Below, piece by piece: positions 34,151 to 46,399 of a stretch of 64,000 bases of DNA (its first letter is position 1; each line of letters starts with the position of its first letter). Made by a program: the position numbers and the translations under genes. Source of the stretch: Scyliorhinus canicula (Eukaryota). The DNA lies in contig NC_052149.1 in the NCBI RefSeq assembly GCF_902713615.1, positions 126,421,256-126,485,255 of the forward strand, in the 5' to 3' direction. The notes under the pieces were generated by a model. That model was not told the DNA's origin, made no database searches, and was given only the letters and a program-made list of their open reading frames with translations.

Positions 34151-34785
34151 TAATCTGTCTACAGACTGAGGATAAAAGAGTTTGGTAACATCATGCTGAC
34201 CAACTACTATCTTCACAAAGTGAATTACTGAATCTTCACCAGAGATATTCATATCGGAACGTATGGACAGTGATACATCAGAACCGAGACCAATTACACA
34301 GGAAATTACAGAATCTGTCACTTCAGAATCTTCAATATCAACAGACACAGGGGCTGGGTTCATTTGTCAAGAATTACCAACAACAAGTGAACAGGAAGAC
34401 ACTTTGGACCCCAAGGCAGGGATTCTCCCCGACCTGGCGGGGCGGGGGGTCCCGCGGGATGGAGCGGCGTGAACCACTCCGGCGTCTGGCCGCCCCAAAG
34501 ATGCGGATTTCTCCGCACCTTTAGGGGCCAAGCCCTAACCTTGAGGGGCGATCATTTCACTCATTTTCCTCCTAAAAACCATCATCTCAAACTCCCGGAC
34601 AGTGAATTGTGTCACTCACCTATCTGTCCCTTCCCTCATCTGTCTCTACTCTGCTCAAGTCTTTCACTCGTCTCCTCCCTGTTTGTGAAACCTCTCCTTC
34701 TGTGTAATCGGCACATTCCAATTCTCGGGGGGAGTGGCTGATCTTTACGATGTGGAGGATTTGGGGGGGTTCAGGTCGGGGTCAA

Positions 34786-35126
34786 AGATGAGGCCAATGT
34801 TGTAAAGAGTCTGGTTGAGCAGCAGACAGTGCTCAGGGAGAGAGATGGAGTTTGTATCGGGAGCTGAAGACGATGGCTTTGATCTTCCCAATTTGTTTCC
34901 CAGTGAGCCTGGCTCCTCAGTCCTGACTGCTCTTAGCTGCTGTTCTTGTCACTGATTGGACAGTTATTGTTAGAGATTCAGACCACAGCAGAAACCCCCA
35001 GTGTAAAAAATAACAGCAAAGACTGTCAGATCGGAAGATTGAAACATAACCAACAGAGGAAGTGAAAGAAGGGGCTCAGAGCAGCTGGATGTTTGTTACT
35101 GACACGGGAGAAAACTGTGAACCGTG
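34786..35126 (+). promoter_or_regulatory. Cluster-shared upstream block with EICE and E-box, copy 2
   Basis: Near-identical to 731-1069; GGAAGTGAAA at 35058-35067. Confidence 0.45.
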
Positions 35127-35453
35127 TCCGCTACCTCGAATCTTCCAGCACAGAAGGAGGCCATTCTGCCCATCGTGCTGTGACTTACCCAATTAGTCCC
35201 ACTCCCCCTCTCTATCCCCATAACCCAGCCAATCTTTCCCTTTCAGGGATATCTCCAATTGCCTCTTGTAGACCTGGGTCCACAGCACGAGACTGTCCCT
35301 AACCTGGCTCCAAATTGGCATCTCATTCATTCATTGGAAGACAAAATGCCTGGGCTGGGAAATGGAGCTCAGGGCTCCGAACATTCCCTCTCCCCTCCTG
35401 AGGGACAACTCATGCTGGGATACAGTTCCATGGAGCCCCACAGCACAATGTGG

Positions 35454-38118
35454 GGGAGGCCGTGGTGTAGTGGTAATGTCACTGGACTAGTAATCCAGAG
35501 GCCCAGGCTAATGCTCTGGTCACAGGTTCAAATCCCACCATGGCAGCTGGTGGAATTTAAATTAAATGAATAAATCTGGAATTAAAAGCTCGTCTCATTA
35601 ATGGTGACCATTGTTGTTTGTTGTTTGTTGGTTGTTGTAAAAACCCATCTGGTCAACTAATGTCCTTTAGGGAAGGGAATCTGCCGTCCTTACCTGGTCT
35701 GGCCTACATGTGACTCCAGACCCACAGCAATGTGGTTGACTCTGAAATAGCCACTCAGTTGTATCAAACCGCTGAAAATTCTAAAAGGAATGAAACCGAA
35801 CAGACCACCCGGCATCGACATAGACCCCGGAAACAACAACGGCAAACCCAGCCCTGTCGACCCTGCAAAGTCCTCCTTCCTGATATCTGGGGGCTTGTGT
35901 TAGAATTGGGAGAGCTGTCCCACAGACTAGTCAGCAACAGCCTGACATAGTCACACTCACAGAATCATACCTTACAGATAATGTCCCAGACACCACCATC
36001 ACCATCCCTGGGTATGTCCTGTCTCACCGGCAGGACAGGCCCAGCAGGGGTGGGGGCACAGTGGTATACAGTCAGGAGGGAGTCACCCTGGGAATCCTCA
36101 ACATTGAATCCAGACTCCATGTAGTCTCATGGTACCAGGTCAAACATGGACAAGGAAACCTCCTGCTGGTTACCATTTTCAGTCCCCACTCAGCTGATGA
36201 ATGAATACTTCTCCACGTTAAACACCACTTGAATCAAACACCACTTGAATGAGGGTAGAAATGGTGCAAATTGTATTCTGGCTGGGGGACTTCAATGTCC
36301 ATCAGTGTGTGGGTAGCATCATTACTGACCAAACTGTCCAGGTCCTAAAGGACATTATTGCTAGATTGTGGCTTCAGGTGGTGAGGGAACCAACAACAGG
36401 GAAAATCATACTTGACCCTATCCTCACCAACCTGCCTTCCATGAGGTATCTGTCCATGACTGTATGGGTAGAAGTGACCACCACACAGTCCTGCTGGAGA
36501 CAAAATCCCGTCTTCACATTGAGGATACCCTCCATGGTTTTGTGTGGCATTACCCACTCTGCTAACTGGGATAGATTTCTAAAAGATATAGCAGCTTCAG
36601 CCAGACATCCATCAGGTACTATCAGCAGCAGCAGGATTGTGCTCAAACACAATTTGTAACCTCCTATCCCCATTCCCCCAATCCAGGGGATCAACATCTG
36701 GTTCAATGAAGATTGCAGGGGGGGCACGCGAGGAGCTACGCCATGCAGACTGAAAAATGAGGTGTCAACCTAGTGAAGCTACAGGACTACTTTCATGTCA
36801 AACAGCTTAAGCAGCGGGTCACAGACAGAGCAAAGGGATGAACCAATTTATTAGATCTAAGTTCTGCAGTCCTGCCTGATCCACTGGTGAATGGTGGTGG
36901 ACAATAAACAACTCACTGGAGGAGGAGTCTCCACAAATATCCCCATCCTCAATGATGGAGGAACCCAGCTCATCTGTAGAACAGATCAGGCTGAGGCATT
37001 TGCAAACATCTTCAGTCAGAAGTGCCGAGTGGATGGCCCATCTCGGTCACCTGAAGTTCCCAGATGTCAGTCTTCACCCAATTGGATTCACTCCACGTGA
37101 TATCAGGAAATGGTTGAAGGCACTGGATACTGCAACGGCTATGGGCCCTGACAATATTCTGGGAAGAGTACTGAGACTTATGCTCCAGAACTTTCCCCTA
37201 GCCAAGCTGTTCCAGTACAGATACAACACTGGCGTCTACCCAGCAATGTGGAAAATTGCCCAGGTATGTCCTGTACACAAGAAACAGGACAAATCCTATT
37301 CAGCCATTTGCTGCCCCGTCCATCTGCACTTCATCATCAGTGAAGTGATGGAAGGTGTCATTAACAGCGCGATCATGAACTGAAATGAAATGAAATGAAA
37401 TGAAAATCGCTTATTGTCAGGAGTAGGCTTCAATGAAGTTACTGTGAAAAGCCCCTAGTCGCCACATTCCGGCGCCTGTCCGGGAGGCTGGTACAAGAAT
37501 CGAACCGTGCTGCTGGACTGCTTGGTATGCTTTAAGAGCCAGCGATTTAGCTGAGTGAGCTAAACCAGCCCCTGTGGCACTTACTCAGCAATAACCTGCT
37601 GTCTGATTCTCCGTTTGGTATCCGCCAGGGTCACTCAGCTCCTGTGATGGAATAATCCCCACTTCCCTGGATGAGTGCAGTTCCAATAACACTCAAGAAG
37701 CTCCACACCATCCAGAACAAAGCAGTCGCATGATTGGCTCCCCATCCACCACCCTCGGTATTCACTCCCTCCACCACTGATGCACTGCAGCAACTCACCA
37801 AGGTTACTTCAACATCCTCTTCGAAACCACGCCCACTATCATCTAGAAGGACAAAGGCAGGAGACACATGGGAACACCACCACCTGGAAGTTCTCCTCCA
37901 AGACACTCACCATCCTGACTTGAAAATATATCGGCCGTTTGTTCACTATCGCTCGGTAACATTCCTGGGACTTTCTCCCTAACAGCACTGTAGGTGTACC
38001 TGCACCTCAGAGCTACAGCAGTTGAAGAAGGCAGCTCACCACCACCTTCTAAGAGGCAATTAGGGATGGGCTATGAATGATACTCTGACCAGCGACACCC
38101 ACATCCCAGGAATGGAAT
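35454..38118 (+). mobile_element. Non-LTR retrotransposon (APE plus RT remnants) with a tRNA-like 5' head
   Basis: A box TGGTGTAGTGG 35462-35472; B box GGTTCAAATCC 35525-35535; APE region (LTESYL..RQDRPSRGGGTVVY); RT MWKIAQVCPVHKKQDKS; clade not assigned. Confidence 0.75.
37378..37572 (-). mobile_element. tRNA-headed SINE (same family as 3525) inserted in the LINE RT
   Basis: (tgaaa)n tail; rc head aaaccagcccc. Confidence 0.85.
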
Positions 38119-38249
38119 CATTTCCAAAGTCCACCCTCACCCACTTTCCCATTCTGTGGATGTCTGGAGCCTGTCATTAGGATATTTAACTGCAGGAGCC
38201 ATCATCACTTTTTCTAATTCTGTCCCCACCTGAAATCCCCTCACAACCT

Positions 38250-38650
38250 GCATTTATATAGTGCCTTAATGTATAAAACATCCCGAGATGTTTCACAGAG
38301 CGGCAGGAAGGAGAACGACAGAGGGAATGGGGGGACTTTATGAAGATTGAGCGAAGGCTCAGGTGAAACGTTTGATGGACTTGGGTGACCTGGAGAGGGG
38401 GAGGGTTTAAGGGTGTGAGTTCAGAGAGCAGGGCCTAGGTGTCTGAAGGCTATGGAAGTAATTAGAGGTCAGTGAGGTCAGGGGCAAGAGGCCAGAGATA
38501 TCAGGATTTGTGCGACATTTGCTGTGAGACAGGGTGCGGACCCACTGCATTTGGGACAAGTTGGAGATTGTGGAGCGTGGATGAATGAAGCCGGGAGAGG
38601 ACATCGGAATAATGGAGCTAGGAGGTAGAACAAGCAGGGATACAAGTTTC
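38250..38650 (-). mobile_element. L2 LINE 3' fragment
   Basis: rc of the L2 tail gcactatataaatgcaggttg. Confidence 0.6.
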
Positions 38651-38654
38651 AGGT

Positions 38655-38865
38655 CCCTAATGAAGGATCCAGTGGGAAGGAGGCCCATGTTTACAGGCCC
38701 CTTTTGGAAGATCCAGTGGGAAAGAGGCCTATATTTACTGGCCCCTATTGGAGCATCCAGGAGGAAGGAGGCCCATGTATCCTGGTTCCTGTGGGAGGGT
38801 CCAGTGGGAAGGAGGCCCATGTTTACTGGTTCCTGTGGGAGGGTCCAGTGGGAAGGAGGCCCATG
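38655..38865 (+). repeat. 44-bp minisatellite, array A
   Basis: ggatccagtgggaaggaggcccatgtttactggtccctatt units. Confidence 0.85.
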
Positions 38866-38869
38866 TTTT

Positions 38870-39780
38870 GGATTTGGATTTGTTTATTGCCACGAGTACC
38901 AAGGTGCAGTGAAAGGTATTGTTCTGTCCAGTCCAGGCAGATCATTCCAAACATGGAAAAAAAACATTCGGCATACATAAATACACAATGTAAACACAGG
39001 CATCGAGTGAAGCACACAGGAGTGTAGTACTACTCAGTAGAGAAGATGTGTGAAGAGATCAGATCAGTCCATAAGAGGGTCATTCAGGAGTCTGGTAACA
39101 GCGGGGAAGAAGCTGTTATTGAATCGGTTTGTGGTGTTCTCAGACCTTTGTATCTCCTGCCTGATAGAAGTGGTGAGAGTGAATAAGACAGATGAGCGGG
39201 GTCTTTGATTCTGCTGCCCCCTTTTTCAAGGCAGCAGGAGGTGTAGACAGAGTCAATGAATGGGAGGCGGGTTCGCGTGATGGACTGGGCTGTGTTCACG
39301 ACTCCGTAGTTTTTAACGGTCTTGGGCCGAGCAGTTGCCATACCAGGCTGTGATGCAGCCCGATAGGATGCTTTCTATGGTGCATCTGTAAAAGTTGGTA
39401 AGAGTCAATGTGGAAATGCCGCATTTCCTTAGTTTCCTGAGGAAGTATAGGTGCTGTTGTGCTTTCTTGGTGGTAGCGTCGATGTGGGTGGACCAGGACA
39501 GATTTTTGGTGGTGAATTTGAAGCTGCTAACCATCTCCACCTCGACCCCGTTAATGCAGACAGGGGTGTGTACAGTACTTTGCTTCCTGAAGTCAATGAC
39601 CAGCTCTTTAGTTTTGCTGACATTGAGGGAGAGATTGTTGTCATTACACCACTCCACGAGGTTCTCTATCTCCCTCCTGTACTCTGAGTCATCGTTGTTT
39701 GAGGCCAGACCCACTACGGTCGTGTCATTAGCAAACTTGTAGATTGAGTTTGAGCCATATTTTGCCACACAGTTGTGTGT
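38870..39780 (-). mobile_element. Rex1/Babar LINE 3' fragment
   Basis: KFANDTTVVGL...NLSLNVSKTKELVIDFRK...AQQHLYFLRKLRK...IESILSGCITAWYGNCS. Confidence 0.85.
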
Positions 39781-39854
39781 GTATAGGGAGTATAGTAGGG
39801 GGGTAAGTATGCAAGTTTGCGAGGCACCGGTATTGAGGTCTATTGTGGAGGAGG

Positions 39855-40585
39855 TGTTGTTTTCTGGTCACCTCATTTTAGGAAGGATGTGGAAGCTTTG
39901 GAAAAGGTGCAAAGGAGATTTACCAGGATGTTGCCTGGAATGGAGAGTAGGTCATACGAGGAAAGGTTGAGGGTGCTACGCCTTTTCTCATTAGAACGGA
40001 GAAGGATGAGGGACAACTTGATAGAGGTTTATAAGATGATCAGGGGAATAGATAGATTAGACAGTCAGAGACTTTTTCCCCGGGTGGAACACACCATTAC
40101 AAGGGGACATAAATTTAAGATAAATGGTGGAAGATATAGAGGGGATGTCAGAGGTAGGTTCTTTACCCAGAGAGTAGTGGGGGCATGGAATGCACTGCCT
40201 GTGGTAGTAGTTGAGTCGGAAACGTTAGGGACCTTCAAGCGGCTATTGGATAGGTACTTGGATTAGGGTAGAATAATGGAGTGTAGGTTAACTTCTTAAG
40301 GGCAGCACGGTAGCATTGTGGATAGCACAATTGCTTCACAGCTCCAGGGTCCCAAGTTCGATTTCGACTCGGGTCACTGTCTGTGTGGAGTCTGCACATC
40401 CTCCCCGTGACTGCGTGGGTTTCCTCCGGGTACTCCGGTTTCCTCCCACAGTCCAAAGATGTGCAGGTTGGGTGGATTGGCCATGACAAATTGTCCACAA
40501 TTCTATGATTAACCTAGGGCAAAAGTTCGGTGTAACATCGTGGGCCGAAGGGCCTGTTCTGTGCTGTATTTCTCTATCTATCTAT
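39855..40585 (+). mobile_element. CR1 3' fragment followed by an HE1-type SINE (~40281-40585)
   Basis: LEKVQRRFTRMLPG...FFTQRVVGAWNALP, then gggcagcacggtagc head. Confidence 0.8.
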
Positions 40586-40679
40586 CCTTACTGGGTAAGG
40601 AATTCAAGGACCTAGGTGCTGAGGGAGGAGCCAAGTCCAGGGTTTTATAGCTTTGATAAGAGCTTGGCTGAAATGATGG

Positions 40680-41275
40680 TGTTTACTGGTCCCTATTGGA
40701 GGGTCAGTGGGAAGGAGGCCCATGTTTTCTGGTCCCCATTGGAGGGTCCAGTGGGAAGGAGGCCCTTGTTTACTGGTCCCAGTTGGAGGGTCCAGTGGGA
40801 AGGAGGCCCATGTTTGCTGGTCCCTATTGGAGGGTCCAGTGGGAAGGAGGCCCATGTTTACTGGTCCCTATTGGAGGATCCAGTGGGAAGGAGGCCCATG
40901 TTTACTGATCCCTATTGGAGGGTCCAGTGGGAAGGAGGCCCATGTTTACTGGTCCCTATTGGAGGGTCAGTGGGAAGGAGGCCCATGTTTACTTGTCCCT
41001 ACTGGAGGAGCCAGTGGGAAGGAGGCCCATGTTTACTGGTCCCTATTGGAGGGTCCAGTGGGAAGGAGGCCCGTGTTTACTGGTCCCTATTGGAGAATCC
41101 AGTGGGAAGGAGGCCCATGTTCACAGGTCCCTATTGGAGGATCCTGTAGGAAGGAGGCCCATGTTTACTGGTCCCTATTGGCGGGCCCAGTGGGAAGGAG
41201 GCCCACGTTTACTGGTCCCTATTGGAGGGTCCAGTGGGAAGGAGGCCCATGCTTACTGGTCCCTATTGGAGGGTC
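40680..41275 (+). repeat. 44-bp minisatellite, array B (same unit as array A)
   Basis: About 13-14 units. Confidence 0.9.
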
Positions 41276-41521
41276 AGTTAGGACATGGACACCATGGTTG
41301 ATATGGAGGATGGTTCCTTTATGTTGTAAATGTGTGGTTATCCAACCCTCATCCCAGTTAAACACCAGGACCCAGAGACTGACCATAGAAGGGGAAGGAG
41401 GGGGGAAGGGATCTGAATGTGTTCTGAATGGACAGCATGTATCAGTGGCTCAGTCTCTGTCCCTCCAACTCACACTAATGGGATGAGAATCTCCTCTCTC
41501 TGCTGGGCCTCCATGAAATGA

Positions 41522-42043
41522 GGGGAACGATTCTCCAATCACAGGACAGAGTGTCCGCGCCTTGGTGAACGCCGTCGCACGGGCACTAGCGATTCTGGAC
41601 CCCAAAGGGGGCCAGCACGGCACTGGAGTGGTTCATGCCATTCCAGCCTCACTTCCTGGCGTGCAATCTGGGCGGCGCCAACCCGCGCATGCGCGGTGGC
41701 TTTACAGAACGCGCTGGCCTTGACGCAACATGGCGTGGGGGTTCTGGGGTCGGACGCGCAACAACGTATGCCCGGGAGGAGGGGGAGAGGCCGGCCGACC
41801 AATCGGTGGGCCCCGATCGCGGGCCAGACCCCATCGGAAGCCCCCCCCGTGGACAGAGCCCCCTTCCCCACGCCACAGGCCGCACCCCGACCCTTCGCGC
41901 AGAGTTCCCATCGACAGCGACCAGGTGTGGACGGTGCCGGCAAGCCTGTGCTTTTTCCACGTGGCCGCTCGGACCATTCGTGCCGGAGAATCGGCGGCCC
42001 GGCCTCGTACAGCGGCTCGGGGCGGGGCTGGGTGAATTGCGCC
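41522..42043. mobile_element. GC-rich Harbinger-type MITE
   Basis: Imperfect TIRs gggaacgattctcc / gggtgaattgcgccc. Confidence 0.55.
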
Positions 42044-42169
42044 CGCGGTTTGTGTCCAAACCAGTGCCTACTGAGAATAGGCCAACAGCACAGAACTGCT
42101 CTTAATCTGACAATAGTCTGTCAGTCTGACTGAGCGAGGTCACAGCACGGTCAATGTGGGAATTTAAAA

Positions 42170-42513
42170 ACAATTTGTTCATGGGGTGTGGATGTCGCTG
42201 GCTGGGTCAGCATTTATTCCCATTCCTGAGAGCATTCACGAGTCAACCACATTGCTGTGGGTCTGGAATCACATTTAAACCAGAACACAGGTAAGGATGA
42301 CAGATTTCCTTCCCTATTGGACATCAGTGTATCAAATGAGTTTTAACGACAATGGTTTCATGGTCAGCGTTAGACTTTTAATTTTAGATATTTATTATTG
42401 AAATCAAATTTTACCATCAGCCACGGTGGGATTTGAACCCTGGTCCTCAGAGCAGGTCCCCTGGGTCTCTGGATTACACGTCCAGCGACAATACCACTAT
42501 AGCAATGCCTCCC
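42170..42513 (-). mobile_element. Full tRNA-headed SINE matching both ends of the 35454 LINE
   Basis: B box rc at 42429-42439; core gacccacagcaatgtggttgactc; tail ccagcgacatccacacccc. Confidence 0.75.
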
Positions 42514-42526
42514 AAATAGGACCCAA

Positions 42527-43125
42527 GGGAAGCATTTAACTGTGATCCACCTGGGAGAGTGTGGGATAGAGAGAGCGAGGAACAGACTGTGACAGAGAGA
42601 GAGAGGGAAGCATTTAACTGTGATCCACCTGGGAGAGTGTGGGGAAGAGAGCGAGGAACAGACTGTGACAGAGAGAGAGAGGGAAGCATTTAACTGTGAT
42701 CCACCTGGGAGAGTGTGGGAAAGAGAGAGCGAGGAACAGACTGTGACAGAGAGAGAGAGAGAGGGAAGCATTTCACTGTGATCCACCTGGGAGAGTGTGG
42801 GACAGAGAGAGTGAGGAGCAGACTGTGACAGAGAGAGAGAGAGGGAAGCATTTAACTGTGATCCGCCTGGGAGAGTGTGGGAAAGAGAGAGCGAGGAACA
42901 GACTGTGGCAGAGAGAGAGAGAGAGAGGGAAGCATTTAACTGTGATCCATCTGGGAGAGTGTGGGAAAGGGAGAGCGAGGAGCAGACTGTGACAGAGAGA
43001 GAAAGGGGGGGGGGGGGAAGCATTTAACTGTGATCCACCTGGGAGAGTGTGGGAAAGAGAGAGTGAGGAGGAGACTGTGACACAGAGAGAGAGAGAGGGG
43101 GGGGGGGGGAGCATTTAACTGCTGC
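42527..43125 (+). repeat. ~80-bp minisatellite (7 units plus a partial) with (GA)n spacers, upstream of V2
   Basis: gggaagcatttaactgtgatccacctgggagagtgtggg...cagactgtgacag(ag)n. Confidence 0.9.
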
Positions 43126-43488
43126 ACCAGCACTCAAAGTGTTACAATCAAAGTAAAAACACCTGTTATAGAAATCAGTTCGAGAATTACAGAACGATGG
43201 AGAGTGGGAGAGAGAGAGAAAAAGAGGAGGAGGGAGAAAGAGAGAGAGAGAGGAAGAGAGATAGATAGGAAAGATAATATATGGAGAGTCAGAGAGAGGG
43301 AGATGGAGGGAGGCAGAGGCAGAGAGGGTGGAGTAGAGAGGGAGAGACAGAGAGAGATGATTGAGAAACTGATAGGTAGGCCAAAGTGGAGAGGAAGTGA
43401 GAGAGAGCAGAGACTGAGGGACACTGAGGGAGTGAGTGAGAGAGAGCAGAGACTGAGGGACACTAAGGGAGCGAGTGAGAGAGAAGAA

Positions 43489-43583
43489 GAGGAAGTGAAG
43501 GTGCTGACGTGGTGTCTCTGCCTCATACCATTTACATACTGAGGAACGGGCAGTCAGACTCTCACAGGCTGCAGCTTTATAAA
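43489..43583 (+). promoter_or_regulatory. V2 promoter: PU.1-like site, TGACGTGG, ATTTACAT, TATA
   Basis: GAGGAAGTGAAG 43489-43500; TGACGTGG 43505-43512; ATTTACAT 43530-43537; TATAAA 43578-43583. Confidence 0.75.
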
Positions 43584-43643
43584 GCAGAGCCCAGTGAAGG
43601 GAGAGTTTATCAGTAACCAGGCACAGGGACAGGAGCAGACACC

Positions 43644-43692
43644 ATGATTTCAGCCATCCAGCTGATCTGGCCTCTGGCATTCTGCATCGCAG
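43644..43692 (+). CDS. IGKV: Ig kappa leader exon, cluster 2
   Basis: Identical to 2761-2809; GT donor at 43693. Confidence 0.95.
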
Positions 43693-43878
43693 GTACAAAT
43701 CTCTCTCCTTCCACCTTGAATATTTTCCTGCTCTCCATTTCAATCCAATTCTACTGACTTGTGATTGAAGGGAAAATGCTGAAAGCAGAGGAACAGTCAG
43801 TGTCTCCAACAATATCTCATTGTACAGGCTCTTTCTGTGACAGTTCTTACTTCACTCTGTTTCTCTATTATCCCTCAG

Positions 43879-44177
43879 GTATCAGTGGAGACATCATCAT
43901 GACCCAGTCTCCCTCGGTGCTGTCAGTGAGCCTGGGACAGACCGCGACCATCACCTGTACGGCCAGTCAAGGCATTGATAATAATATCGAGTGGTTCCAA
44001 CAGCGAGAAGGTCAGAAACCGGCTCTGCTGATCTACGAGGCATCAATCCGGTTCACAGGAATATCCGACCGATTCACCGGCAGTCAATCTGGAACACGAT
44101 TCACCCTGACAATCAGCAATGTACAGAATGAGGATGTCGCTGATTATTTTTGTGCACAACGGCAAAGCTACCCCATA
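43879..44177 (+). CDS. IGKV: Ig kappa (type III/NS4-like) V gene segment 2
   Basis: [39 protein letters not shown]...[15 protein letters not shown]; 299 bp, same length as V1. Confidence 0.97.
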
Positions 44178-44205
44178 CACAGTGACACAGAGCCTTACAA
44201 AAACC
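44178..44205 (+). other. 12-bp-spacer RSS of V2
   Basis: CACAGTG-acacagagcctt-ACAAAAACC. Confidence 0.98.
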
Positions 44206-44562
44206 TCAATACGCACAGTCCCACCTCCTGTACTGACACATCCCACAGTTTTATATAATATATAATAAATACAGGTTAGGAAACTGAACAAATGATTCTC
44301 ACCGTCCACTGCACACTCCAGTCCCTGTGGTGTCCACAGCTCACTGAAGGCCTCAAGTTTCCATCTTACTCTCTGTGTCCACGTATGAAGAGCAGCTGAA
44401 AGATTTATCATCTAAAATTAGAATTCTCTACTCTCCCAACAAAGCACAGAGACATTGAGAGAAACAGAGTGAGAAAGAGTGAGAGAGAAAGACATGAGTG
44501 AGTGAGAGACAGAGAGAGAGACAGAGAGAGTGTGAGAGTGAGTGAGTGAAGCAGAGAGCAGA

Positions 44563-44601
44563 GGTTTTTGTACAGCCCCTGCACTGGAAGCTGTCAGTGT
44601 G
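44563..44601 (-). other. 23-bp-spacer RSS of J2
   Basis: GGTTTTTGT-23 bp-CAGTGTG, identical to J1. Confidence 0.97.
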
Positions 44602-44636
44602 GCTTACGTTCGGTAAAGGAACCAAGCTCAGACTGA
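44602..44636 (+). CDS. IGKJ: Ig kappa J segment 2 (LTFGKGTKLRL)
   Basis: Identical to J1; GTAAGT donor at 44637. Confidence 0.97.
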
Positions 44637-45451
44637 GTAAGTAAACCCCAATCCTCCGTTATTAACCTTTTCAATACTGAAACTTTCTCAAACACAAATG
44701 CTGAATAGTTGAAGGTGTTAGTGAGGAGCTGCAGTGAATGAAATGGTTCATTGAAGAACACTGTGTAGAACAGGGTGCCCAGCTGTATTTCTTTAGTTCC
44801 ATTCCCCCCCTTTAAGCAGCAAGATATAAGTAAGCAGCTTTTACCCACCGTGTGGAGGAGATCTGGACGTTTGCAGACTGTGTTCACATTCCTGGACCAT
44901 GGAGTGAAATCACTCACTAGACTCCTGTCAGTCTGTGTGTGACAGACACGGGCAGAGTTTGATGTGAGCTCTGGCTCCCTGTCACACTCTCTGATATAAC
45001 TGATCACAGCAGCAGCAGCAGCACAGTGAGACACCGAGGTCCCACTTCCCCCAGCTTTAACTCTGCTCTCTCCACTCCCTGCTTATCTCTTAGCAAAGTT
45101 CTGATGACAAACAGGTCCAGCAGGGCTCACAATCCAGTGGCTTCAGTGTTCCAGGCTTTTGGGGAGACTCTCAGTTACTTTCTCTTTGGGTCGAGTTCAG
45201 TCTGATATTTATTCCTGATCCAATATTCCTGAAAATCCCTGGAGATATTTTTATTGTTTGATGTGATGTGTGATCTCTGGCTGGGTCAGCATTTATTGCC
45301 CATCCCTAATTGCCCTTGAACTGAGTGTCTTGCTCGGCCATTCCAGAGGACATTTCAGAATCAACACATTACTGAGGACCTGGAGTCACTTGTAGGCCGG
45401 ACAAGGTCAGGATGGCAGGTTCCCACTTCAGACCCACACATCCCATAATGG

Positions 45452-46391
45452 GGGCTGGATTGTCCGATTTTCAGGCTATACCCTGACACCGGCGTGGGAT
45501 CGGTGGCATTTTGCGAAAGGAAATTCAGCGCAAAATGGCCACCAATCCTCCATATGGTGGGGGGCTAGCAGGCAGGTAGCGTAGTGCACCTGGCTCTAGC
45601 TATCGATACAGCTGGAGAATTGCAGGGTCCATGGCCGCGCATGCGCACGGCTGCGCCGTTCAACATGGCGCCGGCCACACATGGATCCGGCCTGCCAAAT
45701 AGTGCTCCTTCTTTGGGCGGCTCGCAACACCTGACCACCCCCAACTGTTCTCCCAGTGTGGTGAATGTAACTCTGTAATTCACACTCTGATATATATATG
45801 AGACCGTACGATTGTAAGCGCAGTTGCGTTTCCCGACCACTAGGGGGAGTAGCTCTGGGAATGCTTAGCAGTTTGTACAGGGCTCCTCCCTTGGCCCTGC
45901 CCACTGCTCCTCCCCCTGGACTGCTGTATAAATATCGATGCCCAGAGCCAGCCGACCAGTTCATCGAGAGTTCAACGTGTAACAGGCTGGCTCTGTAGTA
46001 AGTAGATTAAAACCACTGTTCATATCTCAAAGCACGTGTCTAGTGAATTGATGGTCTCATCACCCAGCTCCTGCCAAAGATCCCCCAGCCAGGGGATCAG
46101 CTCTCCCCCGACGTCGGCGGTGCTGGACTCAGTCCGTAGCCGCCACGGTGAGATCCCGACATATAATAGCATGAGAGACCCACGCTGTCAAGAACTCGGC
46201 CGGTCGGGGGCGGAGGATCGTTGGGGGGGAGGGCGTCAGGCAACATCCTGAAGCCGTCCATACAGCAGTACACTGCTTTGGAGAGGGCGGAGCATCGCGA
46301 AACGGCGCCGCCCCCGATTTAGGATCGAACATTGATTCTCTGGCCGATCGCTGAACAAGATTTCGGTATCAGTGACCGGAGAGTCATGCCC
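45452..46391. mobile_element. Harbinger-type MITE specific to the cluster-2 intron
   Basis: TIR-like gggctggattgtcc / ggagagtcatgccc; absent at the cluster-1 site (~4728). Confidence 0.7.
45757..46062 (+). mobile_element. Gypsy solo LTR nested in the MITE
   Basis: TGTGG...CATCA ends; 5-bp TSD CCCAG at 45752-45756 and 46063-46067. Confidence 0.9.
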
Positions 46392-46399
46392 AGGAACTT

